Positions 12,985-23,955 of a stretch of 39,591 bases of DNA are shown here, in pieces; position 1 is the stretch's first letter; each line of letters starts with the position of its first letter. Where the stretch lies: the NCBI GenBank assembly GCA_003990765.1, contig RBNJ01000138.1, positions 1 to 39,591 on the forward strand, given 5' to 3'. The notes below the pieces were generated by a model. It saw only the letters and a program-made list of their open reading frames with translations, had not been told where the DNA came from and ran no database searches. The position numbers and the translations under genes were made by a program. Source of the DNA: Jimgerdemannia flammicorona. Its lineage: Eukaryota.

Positions 12985-15079
12985 CTACTCATCCATGACA
13001 ACAGGAACCATTGACATGACTGTGCTCTGCAGCAGCAGGTTCTCTGATACATATTTGGCCCTGATGCTGATGGTATACGTTTTACCAACTATGTCGTGGA
13101 ATACATCATCATATGCACTGGGATTTTCAGTCTATATAGGGGAAGGAGAATAAATTATACTTAAAGGACTTGACAAAAAAAAAAAAAAGGGAATAATGAA
13201 TATATATCAACATACTGCGAGATTGGCCAGTTCCTCAGTACTCATCTTGAACAAAGATTCGCCAACTGACTCAAATGCTGTTGTATTCATCTGATTGTCA
13301 GCTTCACCTATTGTGATTTTAAGAAGATACCTAAAACCAAACCTATATGTCAATATATATAAGAAAAAAGGGTTGCTGATTCATATTCAATTTTAATTTT
13401 CATACCTTGTATATATCTTGCCAATGTTATACATATCCATGTGCAGGACACTCTCCACTGTCTTTAATCTTCTTCTTGTACATGCCACAGGATGTATATG
13501 ATATCTCACTATCATTGATACTGATCACAACGACTTCTAACTTGAAGCAGATGTCTTCATTTTCATTGCTACAGGCCTTTTCAACTGCATCTACCAATGT
13601 CATCAATAGGTAGTTGACTGAATATGCAAGCTCCTCTGGTACACCATTTATCTTTACAGAGTCTTCATACCACCTGTGTAGCCCTTCATATTTCAGAAAG
13701 GCAGGATCCAGAAGTATACATGGATAGCTTGGGAGCTATAGAGATATAATTGCATGCGGTGAATTAATAAATATTTCTGTATCTGAAAGCCAGTTTTCAA
13801 AATCGGAGGACTTGACTACACTTACATCCTTTATATTCCTGGATAGATACCCCACAGAGCAAGGCCACATTTCCCACTGAGCCCTTGAATGACTCTACAG
13901 TGCTGCCCCACAGAGTGACAGCAATCTTTCCATCTGCATTGGCAATGGTAAACTTCCATCGCACCCACTTATTCCCATTCTTTGTACCACATGTAGCATT
14001 TTCATCACATTGAATGATAACTCTAATGACATCTGGAGAAAACAAAAAAGATGTCAACTATCTCCGTATTTTGCTAAAAATTCCAATATGACATATTGTC
14101 ATACTCACTTAGACCCCTCTGACTGGCATGTAAGTCAGATAACAGTGCAAGATCGAGCAACAGTCCTGCTGACTTCTCCTCAGATTTTTTAATAACTGTG
14201 TCCAAGGTGACAGTGTATTCCTGTGGTTTGCCCGGAATTATAGTGATTTTGAGGCCATTGATGCTATAGTGCTGTCCGGCTACAATATGTCTAAGCTTCG
14301 GCACATTGTCACTAAAGGCCTTGATTGAAATTGGACAGCCCTGCAGAATAATAAAAAATGTGAATAAAAAACACCTGTGAAATACACTCTCGATTGAGCA
14401 TCATCATTACCCTCACCTTTTTAACAGAGCACCAAGCTTCAGCATACTCCTCCTCCTTGCCAGCCTGCTTTAACTTTGTCAGTTTTATTGACAATGCAAA
14501 GGCTGCATCAAAGGCAGCAACCCTGGGTGCCACTGCAACTGGGGGGTAGCTGGCAATAAACACCTTCTTAGGGCATTGATCAGGAGTATCTGACTCAGTA
14601 TGGGCATGCTTGCGGGTGATCTCCTTAAACTCTACCAGATTCCCAATCATTCTTTTGGGGGTAGATGTAATTCTATATGTCTGTATGTCCATATGTCTGG
14701 GGCAGTATGTTGAAACAAATGAGATTACCTCATCATAACAAATCTACATGCAAGTCCATAATACTCACCCAGTAGAATGCCCATCTCACTTGAATTTCAT
14801 AACAGAGATAATTGAAAACAACTTTGGTGTCTGAGGGGTAGTTGAAATAACAGCTGTTGCCAAAATAATAGATTAGACTGACTTCACTGCCTGGTTACTG
14901 ACAAGGGGTCCCTGTTCCAAAAAAAACATGCCTGATATCCAATGCTCTCTATCGGAAATGTGCAGCACATATCCACGTCCTTCAGACATGACTTTGATTA
15001 TCTGCAGGCTGGGTTTGTAAGTGGTTATATGGTCTGGAGAACTGTAGTTTGCAATGAAGTTGATTGACAGGGTTGCCAT
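12985..15079 (-). pseudogene. RPA1: RPA1/RFA1-like ssDNA-binding protein, copy A (multi-exon)
   Basis: RPA70N-like YVLHISDREHWISGMF; DBD-B DVIRVIIQC...KIAVTLWGSTVESFKG...VALLCGVSIQEYKG; DPAFLKYEGLHRWY; DBD-C ISYTSC...YLLKITIGEADNQMNTTAFESVGESLF...KTYTISIRAK...STVMSMVPV; stop TAG at 12987-12985; internal stops. Confidence 0.8.
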
Positions 15080-15333
15080 TGTGGATATAGGTGTGGAATA
15101 GTATAATAAGATAATTGCATACCTTTTATATTTGAATCAGATGCGGATGGCCATCCTGACATGGAAAGTACAGAACACATGACATTGCTGGGCCTGACAG
15201 ATTTGCCCATGTAATTGTCCATGATGCATTGATCTGTCTTGAACCACAACAAGCATGCCTACCATTCAATGGATTTGAATCTCTACACAGACCTCTGCGC
15301 TGCCTGCTGTATTATCTCCTTGTTAACATATTT

Positions 15334-16383
15334 TTATTCTTTGACTATGGTTGCAAGTGACTTATCAACCTCTTCAAAGAATTCCTTAATCAGTCTAGCT
15401 ATCCTCTGTCGAAAGCCTAATTGTGGCTTCACTGTAATAAAATGAATATCTACAAGCTTGTATGGCATAATCCCTACATGTCTATAACTGCCCAAACTAT
15501 GCCATAGAGGATACCGTATAGTTGTACCATCCCAAAGACTAATGCTGGCCAGAGATGTAGTATAGGTCCTTTCTCTCTCACTTATCACAGCCAATACAAA
15601 ATCTATAGACTTATTTTCTACAGCACCAAAGTCTACCAAGGGGCTATTGTGTTGGTCAGCCTTCTTAAAAACATTCAGTATTCCCCATGCTCTAGGCCAT
15701 GCTGTCTGTATTGCTGCACTATTGTGATTGTGAAATGATGTATTGTACCCAGATATATTATCAAGATTGTCCACCTTACACAGCCGGAAAACTGCATCAA
15801 TAAAGATACATTGCTGCATAAGCCCTTCAGTAGCAACCAGTCCACCCCATATCTGTGGCTCGTACTTTCGGGGGACTGCACCATCTGGTTCACGTGTTAT
15901 AGGGCACTTGATCTCAAAGAGATTACATTCAGCAGAGACTCTAGCCTGTCGGCCATTTTGCATAGCTGTTGTCCACAAAGCATCATTGGCAGTATGCCAC
16001 ACCACGCCAATGTCATTGGGCAAGTATCTGAAATGATCCACATCTGGAATTTTCACTATGCAGATCTCACGACAGTATATCCAGCACCCCAGTCATAGCT
16101 CAGCAAATGCAATGGCGACTGACTCGAATGCTGTCCCAAATCCACAGGCTGCACTACTGAATGGCTTGCCCCAACCAAGCAGTCTTTCCACAAAGTTCTC
16201 TATGAATTTGATGGGAGTACAGTATCGGTTGTTCAAACCCCACATAGTTCCAAGGTCTGAACCACCGACGGTGGTATTTAGAAGCTTATACCATCTTGGA
16301 TTGTGCTGTTTGATGGCACTGTGTTGGTGCTGAAACTCTTCGACCGATCTCACCAGCTCTTTTATATCTGTGATGGCTGACAT
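15334..16383 (-). pseudogene. YqaJ/lambda-type exonuclease, Asfarviridae D345L-like (349 codons, one internal stop)
   Basis: ORFs 16093-16383 and 15334-16056 are in the same frame, joined across TGA at 16095-16093. Motifs Q...RW....TTVGGSDL, AACGFGTAFE, YLPND (decayed SPDG), EIKCP..R...VP..Y.PQI..GL, AVFRLC, PRAWGI, VDFG. Intronless. Confidence 0.88.
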
Positions 16384-16522
16384 ATTGTCTAAGATAATAC
16401 CAAAGGAGTTGTGGGATACCTTTATAGTGATTGAAGATGAACCTAATATGTCAGGATGGTGTCTGAGTTATGGTATCTACAATTGTCACTGATATAATCA
16501 TATATTCTATATCTACAATATC

Positions 16523-18459
16523 TTAATTCATTATAGCATGAGCTGTGCATGTAATATGATAATGGTGATCAGCGATAGATTCAAACAATGCACTGTGCTC
16601 AACTTCAGACAAATGTATCCAATCATCTGCCAAGACCCCCAGCAATATAACAGCAGCCTTTCTAAACACCTTCATATTTGTATTATAGTGCCCATCATCA
16701 ATGCAAACATGAAGCACATATTGAAGTGATAGACTAGAACATGCAATACCACAGTTATTGCATAACCACTGTCCAGCATATTTTGTGAGCTGTCTATTGT
16801 ACAAGCTGCATGTGTTATATATGATCTTCCCTTGTTTGATAATAGTGATATAGCCCACAATGGCACTGTAGTAGGGCTCATCCAGTGGAATCTCAGTATC
16901 CAGAAGAGTTCGCAGTGATGAGATTGCCATAACTCTCCGATAATCAGTCTTGTCATGACTCTGTGTAGTCCACCACTGCTGCAGAGCATTACTCTCAGCA
17001 TTGTCGAGATTCTGCCCAACACAGCTGATATCAGTGCATGTCAGGGTATACTGAGCATGGAATACCTTTGGCAGCACATTACTGATCACCAGGACATCAC
17101 CTGTTGCAACTGTCAGGTCAATGGCATGCTGTCCCCAAAATGTAACTGAAACAATATAACCATCTCTGCCAACTACCTCAAGTGAACGTTGACTTGTAGT
17201 ACTACCTCCAACATCTGTAGTGACCAGCTCACCACCATCTACCACCATACAAAGAATGTCAATAGATGTCTTTTTGCAAATATCTTCCAATGGTGTAAAG
17301 GAATACACCATCTCCAGATAGTCATCAGACTCACATGTCATTATGATTGCAGTATCTCTCATATCCAGGAATCGGGTTGGCACACACTGTAGCCTGGCAC
17401 CAGTGATGTAGCAACTGCACCCCGGTACCAGATCTCTGAATACTGCATCACTATTCTTTCCACTGACATGTATTTTAATAATATCCTATCGTTATAGAGA
17501 TAGTTAGGAAGCTATTCAAATGTTCAGCTCAATGCTATCTGCTAGATACTCACCCCACTCTGGTCATGGACTGTTAGACTGAACTTCTCATTCACAATAC
17601 CAGTTTGGCTTATAACTAGCACATGAACTGTAATACCAGATGTATGTGGCATTAGCTCACTGATAGAGGTGATTTTGGAGAATGGCACCACCTTCTGGCG
17701 CTTGACCTTTATTGCTGTATTCTCCTCTAGAGACCGCTTCGGAGACCTGGGAGCTTCACCCATTGCAATTTTGTCGAATTCTCGAATCACAAGGTAGCTA
17801 TTATACATATATACATACAAATTCCAATTATGCTCATATATAATACAATTACAAAAGGCCAAATACCAATAGGATACATATATAGATTTATGCTTAGTCC
17901 CATACTCATATTCACTGATGCGAATAATTGCGAATTCCTCTATATCGATAGAATTCATAGATATTGCTACATGTAATAATCTCACATTAGCCACAAAATG
18001 TCACTGCAATCTTTATCTACAAAGATGGACATACATACCCAGTATAGTCTGGTCGCTATCAGAGACAATGCATACTGTTTTGGCAAGGACTGGAACCTGG
18101 TCCCCATAGCTCAATATATCATCTACTGGAACCTGCTCAACCTTAAGTACCTGCAGAATAATATCGTCAGAAAGAGTGAAATGCCCCTTTCCAACACCTG
18201 CAACAAATCCTTTAGTTAGAGCAGTTGGGAGTATAGAAGAGATATTTGTGAGAGGTGGAGTCTCAGCACTGATAATAGGAGGTGCTGGCTCATCTTGAAC
18301 AAAGACCAGCTTGTTAATTCTCTCGGCTGGAGTTCGGATCACAGTGAATTCAAGAATTAAACAGAAACTACAGATTATCATGAAATAACGGAATATTGTT
18401 AATTCTAGTGTCGAAAATGCCAGAATAGTGTAAATGGCATACATACACATGGTCATCAA
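16523..18459 (-). CDS. RPA1: RPA1/RFA1-like ssDNA-binding protein, copy B (multi-exon; start uncertain, possibly pseudogene)
   Basis: RPA70N-like LTKGFVA...IILQVLKV...IVSD; DBD-A ITSISELMPH...FSLTVHDQSG; DBD-B IDILCMVVD...RSLEVVGRDGYIVSVTFWG...NAESNALQQWW; DBD-C IYNTCSLYNRQL...WLCNNC...YVLHVCIDD...KVFRKAAVILLG. Confidence 0.85.
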
Positions 18460-18878
18460 TCACCAAAGGTTCATATTTATCGATACGAATAACTGAATTC
18501 AGGACAACTCCATCTAGAACAGTATAGGTTGTTGCATGCATATAATGTACACCATCCGAGATAACCAGGCTATCGATATTATATGGTATTGGTAAATAGA
18601 CCTCATGGTATATATATTTTGAATAGAAATGAAATTATAATGGAATAACTTACATTGGTGGCAGTATTTTTAATATCTGTACAACAGGTGTCAATACTAC
18701 ACCCAAATTATGATAGAGTGAGTATACTGAGGAATTATCAAGTGGAGATTCAGAAGCAGAAGCCATGATATAAAGAAAACACCAACCAGATTGAAAAAGA
18801 AAGAAAGAGAGGGTATATATAACAAATTGTGGCCACAAGTGGCTATATTAAGTACTGAATGGAATCTTAGCAAATAGG

Positions 18879-19180
18879 TTGTATTAGTATAGTTAATAGT
18901 ATATAAGAGCAAATGCACTTTTTGCTCAAAACCCTACTAAGTGACTTCGATATTTTTGCCCAGCCAATGAGCTGTCATTTAGCGTATCCTTTTTATTGAA
19001 AGGGATATGCTAAATGTGATTTCATTGGTCCAAAAAATATCAGGTGTCACCAATGAGCTATCATCTGGCATAATGCTAAATGTGGTTTCATTGGCCGGAC
19101 AAAATATTCGAAGTCACTTAGGAGGTTTTTGAGCAAAAAGTATGTTTGCTCCTATATACTATTAACTATACTAATAACAA
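18879..19180. repeat. ~300-bp nested inverted repeat (~92-bp arms)
   Basis: Arm 18879-18970 (TTGTATTAGTATAGTTAATAGTATATAAGAGCAAA...AAGTGACTTCGA...CCAATGA) pairs with 19088-19180 with few mismatches. Inner hairpin CATTTAGCGTATCCTTT / AAAGGGATATGCTAAATG. Sub-repeats CCAATGAGCTrTCAT and TGCTAAATGTGrTTTCATTGG each occur twice. Confidence 0.92.
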
Positions 19181-19299
19181 AGTATTCTCTTTGATCATTG
19201 TAGGATTGTCAGATAAATATTCTATATTTGTTAAATCCCAATATATATAAAGCAGCTCCCCAACCATACCTGCTTTCATTTTATTCAAAAAATATTACG

Positions 19300-20957
19300 A
19301 TGCCTGATGATTATAACCCTGATGATTTTAAAATCTCTTGCATTCCAGCTGCAACCATAGGCAAGCTTGACCGATTTTTACTAGAGCAAAGATATGGCAA
19401 CAATCTGAGTATGGAGCAGAATAATGTATTATATGCTGTAGTAGACAATGGTCAGAATGTGTTCTGTACAGGCTCTGCAGATAAATATAGTTCTTGTCTG
19501 AGTTTGTTTGCAATCATAGTATACAAAGCTGATATATCCTTTATCAGGGACAGGGAAAACATGGCTACTCCTGCGAATGATTGCCCTTCTCTGCAAGAAG
19601 CATGGCAAAGAGAAAGTTGCTATAACTGCAACAACTGGTATCGCAGCCTCGCATATCAATGGTCAAATGATTCACAGCTTTGCAGGGATTAGCAATGGTG
19701 CAAAAAGTATAGGAGAGCTTACATCCAATATTATGAAAAATGCTACAGTGCAAGATTGATGGAAGACTGCTGTAGTGCTTATTATTGATGAGATATCAAT
19801 GTTGAGTTGTGAGCTATTTGAAAAGCTCGAGAAAATTGTGTGAAATGTTCATGGAGGAGATGTACCATAGGGTGGTCTCAAAATTATCATTATGGGTAAT
19901 TTCTATCAACTCCCCCCTGTTGTGGTTGAACAAGACACCAGAGGAATATATACTTTCCAGGCTACATCATGGACAGCATCCATTCACCTGACATTTGTTC
20001 TCAAAGAGGTGTACAGACAAAAGGATCCTGGTATGTATATATTTTCATTGGCCGTTCTAGTATTTCTTGAGTCTCTTTTATTAATGACTATCTTCATAGG
20101 CTTTATCCAGATATTAAATGAATTGCATGTTGGCCAAGTGACCAAAAAAACAGGGGATATAATGAGGTCTTTGAAACATCTGCTAGCCCTTCCTGACCAA
20201 AGGATCATTCCAGTATCACTGTAGGCATTTCGTTTCTTATGGTCCTCCTTTTGAATCCATCTGGGATTTGGACCCTTTCCTTAATGGAACTTGCTTTTGT
20301 CTAGCTTCCCAACCCATAAGAAGATGCAAGAAGCAAATTGTCATCAGCTCCAAAAGTTGACGGGCGAAGCCCATCGCTATTTTGCAATTGACAGTGGAGA
20401 TATGACAATGGTTGGGAAGCTGTGTTTGTTTCCTCAGACCTTAGACATAAAGGTGGGTGCACAGGTGATCTTGCTGAAAAACATGACAGAAAAACTGGTA
20501 AATGGCAGTGCAGGAATCATCAAGAGTTTTGTCAAGGACCAGGGTGAGAGCATATCATATCCTAGCATACATTTTGATAATAGAATGATACAAACAATCT
20601 GGCCAGAAGCATGGGAAAATGAAGACAGACGTATGTAGAATTTGCCTTTCGTCATTTGGTTTATTTTACAACTCTCTGACTGATAACCTACTCTCAAACA
20701 CATTAGATGGACTAATCCTGGCCAGGCATATGCAGCTGCCACTAGATCTGGCATGGGCATTGTCAATACACAAATCACAGGGAATGACCATTGAATATGT
20801 TGTAATTGATTGTACGCAGATATTTGCAGCCAGGCAGTTGTATGTGGGTGTATCTCATGCAAAGTCTCCCAATGAGTTGCAGATACTGAACTTCAGTTGT
20901 GTGAAATATATTGTGGATACTGCTGTCACAGCCTTCTATGAAGGTCTAAACAGCTGA
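19300..20957 (+). pseudogene. PIF1: PIF1-family 5'-3' DNA helicase (4 introns, premature stops)
   Basis: NVFCTGSA|GTGKT (Walker A split by intron 19481-19547, donor mutated GT>AT), TATTGIAASHINGQMIHSFAGI, LIIDEISML, GNFYQLPPV, LKEVYRQKD, KVGAQVILLKN..LVNGS, QLPLDLAWALSIHKSQGMTI, QLYVGVSH; stops at 19757, 19841, 19868. Confidence 0.95.
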
Positions 20958-20963
20958 TGTGGT

Positions 20964-22469
20964 TTATTTATCAGCTTTAAAGTATACCTCATAAATTCTT
21001 GCACTTATCCCCGCCATAACCTTTGGTCCCATTGCACTGTATATCATCATCTGTTGTTTGTCATCACTATTTAAAATGCTATATGCTGCAAACAGATTGC
21101 TGAGTGTATGGTAATATGCAGCTATCTTCTGTGCCTTGGCAAATGAAACTCCATGTACAGTTGCGAGCATTGCTGTAAAGACATGCTGAAGTGTGGCAGC
21201 ATTGGACTTATTGTTCAGTGTGCAATATGCCTGATAGATAATGAAGTATGGTGTTGTGAGATGTTTCTGGAGTGTAAGATATGTGGCTTGGTCGATGTAT
21301 TTGTCTGAGATGCCATCCAGTTGCTGGGTTTCCATTTTCTTCAGCTCATTGTGCAGTGTGGTAAGATAGGTAATAGTGTGATCAGTGCTGGATGTACACT
21401 TGACGAAGAAGCCATCTCTGGTCTGTATGGTGGAGATTGCCGATGTGATTGCCTGTGGATTGAATGCATCGACCACCACAGAATCATATTCCTCAATGAT
21501 ATACACAACCCGGTCTGCACCAGAGCACCTCAGCTGTGCCTTCTGCTCTGCAAAGCATCCATCCTTCATACTGGCCACCAGATCATCCATGTGCTTCCAT
21601 TCAATGATCCAGTTCAGCACCAGTTCCATCTTGTCACTATGCCGACGTGCGATCCACACAATGTCTCCAAGCTCCAGTGCATGCACCTCCACCTTGACAT
21701 GATGTTTCTGCAATTGTGTATAGATATAGTTGTGGTTGGCAATGGACCTGATCTTGTGGGAATCGAGGATGAGCACCATATCAAATGTGCCAGGGTAGAA
21801 TATAGTGGGTGTGATGGACGGGAATGATGGCCTGCCTTCCTCTCCTACTACCTCTGTCTTTTCCGCTGCTTGGGGCTGTCTGGTCAGGTGCTGTACCAGC
21901 AGTGCTCCAGCATCTGTCAGAAAATACTTGGCTGGATTGCTGTTTTTGATAACCAATCCTTTTGTCACCAGACTACTCAGTCCTGACAATGCAGCTCTAT
22001 CACAGTATAGCTGTGCAAGGGTTTCGAGCTCCTTCTTGGCAATGTGGACATCAGCAGCATGCAGAGCCACAAGAATAGCATATGGACTACTGCGTAGCCT
22101 GGGAGTGTAGGAATGGGGTATGCTACTAGCAGCAGGTAAAATGGAGGTACATTTGTTGTGATCCAAGAGCCATTTAGTCAGCTTGCTGACTATCTGTAGA
22201 CCAATACCATTCAGATGGCATGTATCTTGTAGTGATGTGAAGGGAGAGGGATGGTGTAGAATGACATTGTGGACCTGTAGAGCTTGAAGAATATCAGTAT
22301 TAAAGATTATGTTTAAAATATTACATTTTGCAGTATGTATATTGACCTTTTGATATAAATAGTATGCCTTAGATCCAGTGGCCTGTGCTTTGTGTATGTG
22401 CTCTGCAAGACATGCCAGATAGAGTGGGTTTGCACAGGACACATGGGTTGATTTTGGTATTGGTGGCAT
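20964..22469 (-). CDS. MUS81: MUS81 crossover-junction endonuclease (catalytic motif decayed; likely non-functional)
   Basis: CANPLY...HhH LNGIG; winged helix YTPRLRSSPYAILVAL; ERCC4 LILDSHK, LELGDIVW, IIEWKHMDDLVASMKDGCFAEQKAQL (ERK..DL..S..DGRF.EQK.RL with Arg>Trp/His/Cys/Gln); C-terminal HhH GVSFAKAQKI. In-frame 72-nt intron at 22275-22346. Confidence 0.95.
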   Translation of the reverse strand: MPPIPKSTHVSCANPLYLACLAEHIHKAQATGSKAYYLYQKVNIHTAKCNILNIIFNTDILQALQVHNVILHHPSPFTSLQDTCHLNGIGLQIVSKLTKWLLDHNKCTSILPAASSIPHSYTPRLRSSPYAILVALHAADVHIAKKELETLAQLYCDRAALSGLSSLVTKGLVIKNSNPAKYFLTDAGALLVQHLTRQPQAAEKTEVVGEEGRPSFPSITPTIFYPGTFDMVLILDSHKIRSIANHNYIYTQLQKHHVKVEVHALELGDIVWIARRHSDKMELVLNWIIEWKHMDDLVASMKDGCFAEQKAQLRCSGADRVVYIIEEYDSVVVDAFNPQAITSAISTIQTRDGFFVKCTSSTDHTITYLTTLHNELKKMETQQLDGISDKYIDQATYLTLQKHLTTPYFIIYQAYCTLNNKSNAATLQHVFTAMLATVHGVSFAKAQKIAAYYHTLSNLFAAYSILNSDDKQQMMIYSAMGPKVMAGISARIYEVYFKADK

Positions 22470-22503
22470 ACTGATTATTGCACAAGAGTCTGGCCACCAT
22501 GAC

Positions 22504-22513
22504 TATTTAAATA
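22504..22513. promoter_or_regulatory. Palindromic TATA element between divergent MUS81 and dUTPase-like ORF
   Basis: TATTTAAATA is a perfect palindrome, 35 bp from the MUS81 ATG and 18 bp from the opposite ORF start. Confidence 0.45.
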
Positions 22514-22530
22514 CTGCAAGTATCCCCACC

Positions 22531-22992
22531 ATATCTGCACTAGACATACATCTATATTACTACCACCCCTTAAAGTCTATTGCCTGCCCCCCTTGCGATC
22601 AACAGCATACTCCAAAGAGGGACTGTATAAGTGACAATGTTCAGAGCTACCCTCTACTTCACATAATACCAAAGACAAAATATGCATTTAATAGCTCTGA
22701 AGCCATAACAATTAACCCACATACACGAGCCCATATTACGATTGAAACTGCCATCAGCATTCCAGACAATCACTATAGATATATTATACTGCTATCTGGG
22801 TTACTGCCTCACATTAAGATGGAAACTACAACTACCTGCTTGGGATATACTGGTGTACTGAGTTTGGAAATATATAATAACCATTCTACTCCATATATAA
22901 TTGACATAGGGGGTTGTCTCTGTGAGCTTGTCACCAAGCATAGATATAGTAAGATTATATTTCCATTTTCATCTTCTTTTTTAATTGCATGA
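22531..22992 (+). pseudogene. Divergent dUTPase-like ORF (not in ORF track)
   Basis: Stop-free frame from CACC-ATA (likely ATG>ATA): YAFNSSEAITINPHTRAHITIETAISIPDNHYRYIILLSGLLPHIKMETTTTCLGYTGVLSLEIYNNHSTPYIIDIGGCLCELV follows the dUTPase beta-strand pattern but lacks the GVID catalytic motif. Possible intron from 22949. Confidence 0.55.
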
Positions 22993-23148
22993 TATACCTG
23001 TCTCACTCTCTAATATGGTCTATAGGACAGAGGCCCATCAAGTCACAAAGGCAACTACACAGAATGTCACCTATCTTAAAGCTCTGCTAGAAGCAGTATA
23101 TACCCATCTACTGTATTTATTTGAACACTAATAAAATCAGAAGTACTA

Positions 23149-23559
23149 CTATTTATTTATATATGGCATCTCACCACAGATGCGGCGGGCAAGAACCATA
23201 TCCTTTGGTACAAGTGTAACACGTTTGGCATGAATTGTAGCCAGGTAAGAATCTTCAAAAAGCTCGATAATATATGTCTCCGCTGCCTCCTGCAATGCAC
23301 CGAGAGCTGGTTTCTGGACACGAAACTCCATCCTGGCATCCTCTAGTATCTCACGGACCAAGCGCATAAAGGGAGCCTTTCTTATGAGCAGTTCTGTAGA
23401 TCTTTGGTATTTTTGGATCTCCTGAAGGGCCACTGTCCCAGGACGATAACGATGGGGCTTCTTGATTCCACCTCCTATAGGGACCGTTTTGCATGGAGCT
23501 GAGACTGTTTTGCGAGGTATCTTCATATGCTTCTGGGGGTTGGGTTGCTTTTGATGCAT
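23149..23559 (-). CDS. Divergent histone H3 variant, intronless
   Basis: [39 protein letters not shown]...[40 protein letters not shown]; first ATG at 23559; rewritten N-terminal tail. Confidence 0.95.
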   Translation of the reverse strand: MHQKQPNPQKHMKIPRKTVSAPCKTVPIGGGIKKPHRYRPGTVALQEIQKYQRSTELLIRKAPFMRLVREILEDARMEFRVQKPALGALQEAAETYIIELFEDSYLATIHAKRVTLVPKDMVLARRICGEMPYINK

Positions 23560-23955
23560 TTTGTAATCATTTTTTGGAGTGTGATCCAATGTATTGGATA
23601 AAAGATATTTCTTGACAGTTTAAATAGCATTTGGCTGGCTAGTGTCCTGCTGTGTTTCTTTATTCATGTGACAGTTCCCCTGAATCCACTTCCATCAGCA
23701 GAGAATGGCCACCACAGGGTTGTATCTTGCCTGTGAATGGAGATATGTTAATTCCATTAGAGGTTTACTGAAATCAGAACCAGACTGGTAAACATCCCAA
23801 CATGATATGGGGCCCTTAAACCATAGTTGTTTATTATTCTAATAAATCAATTCTGCTCAAAGGTACATGTGATTAATATGGCAGAAAGTCTGACTGGATT
23901 GTTACAAGTATATAAGGACCTCTCATACATTTCACATTCATCATCTTTGAAAACG

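Noticed and set aside
13174-13188. Poly-A run as retrocopy tail
   Set aside because: It lies within an RPA1 intron (poly-T on the coding strand).
18879-19180. CRISPR array or structured RNA gene
   Set aside because: Repeats are inverted, not regularly spaced direct repeats, and no tRNA/rRNA features are present.
12985-20957. Helitron (PIF1 plus RPA)
   Set aside because: No HUH Rep domain is fused to PIF1, the helicase looks cellular-type with introns, no hairpin-CTRR end was seen, and the other cargo does not fit.
21321-22110. Plus-strand ORFs of 168, 105 and 101 aa
   Set aside because: Antisense shadows of MUS81; the same applies to ORFs opposite the exonuclease, EME1, RNase III and gag (5029-5406).
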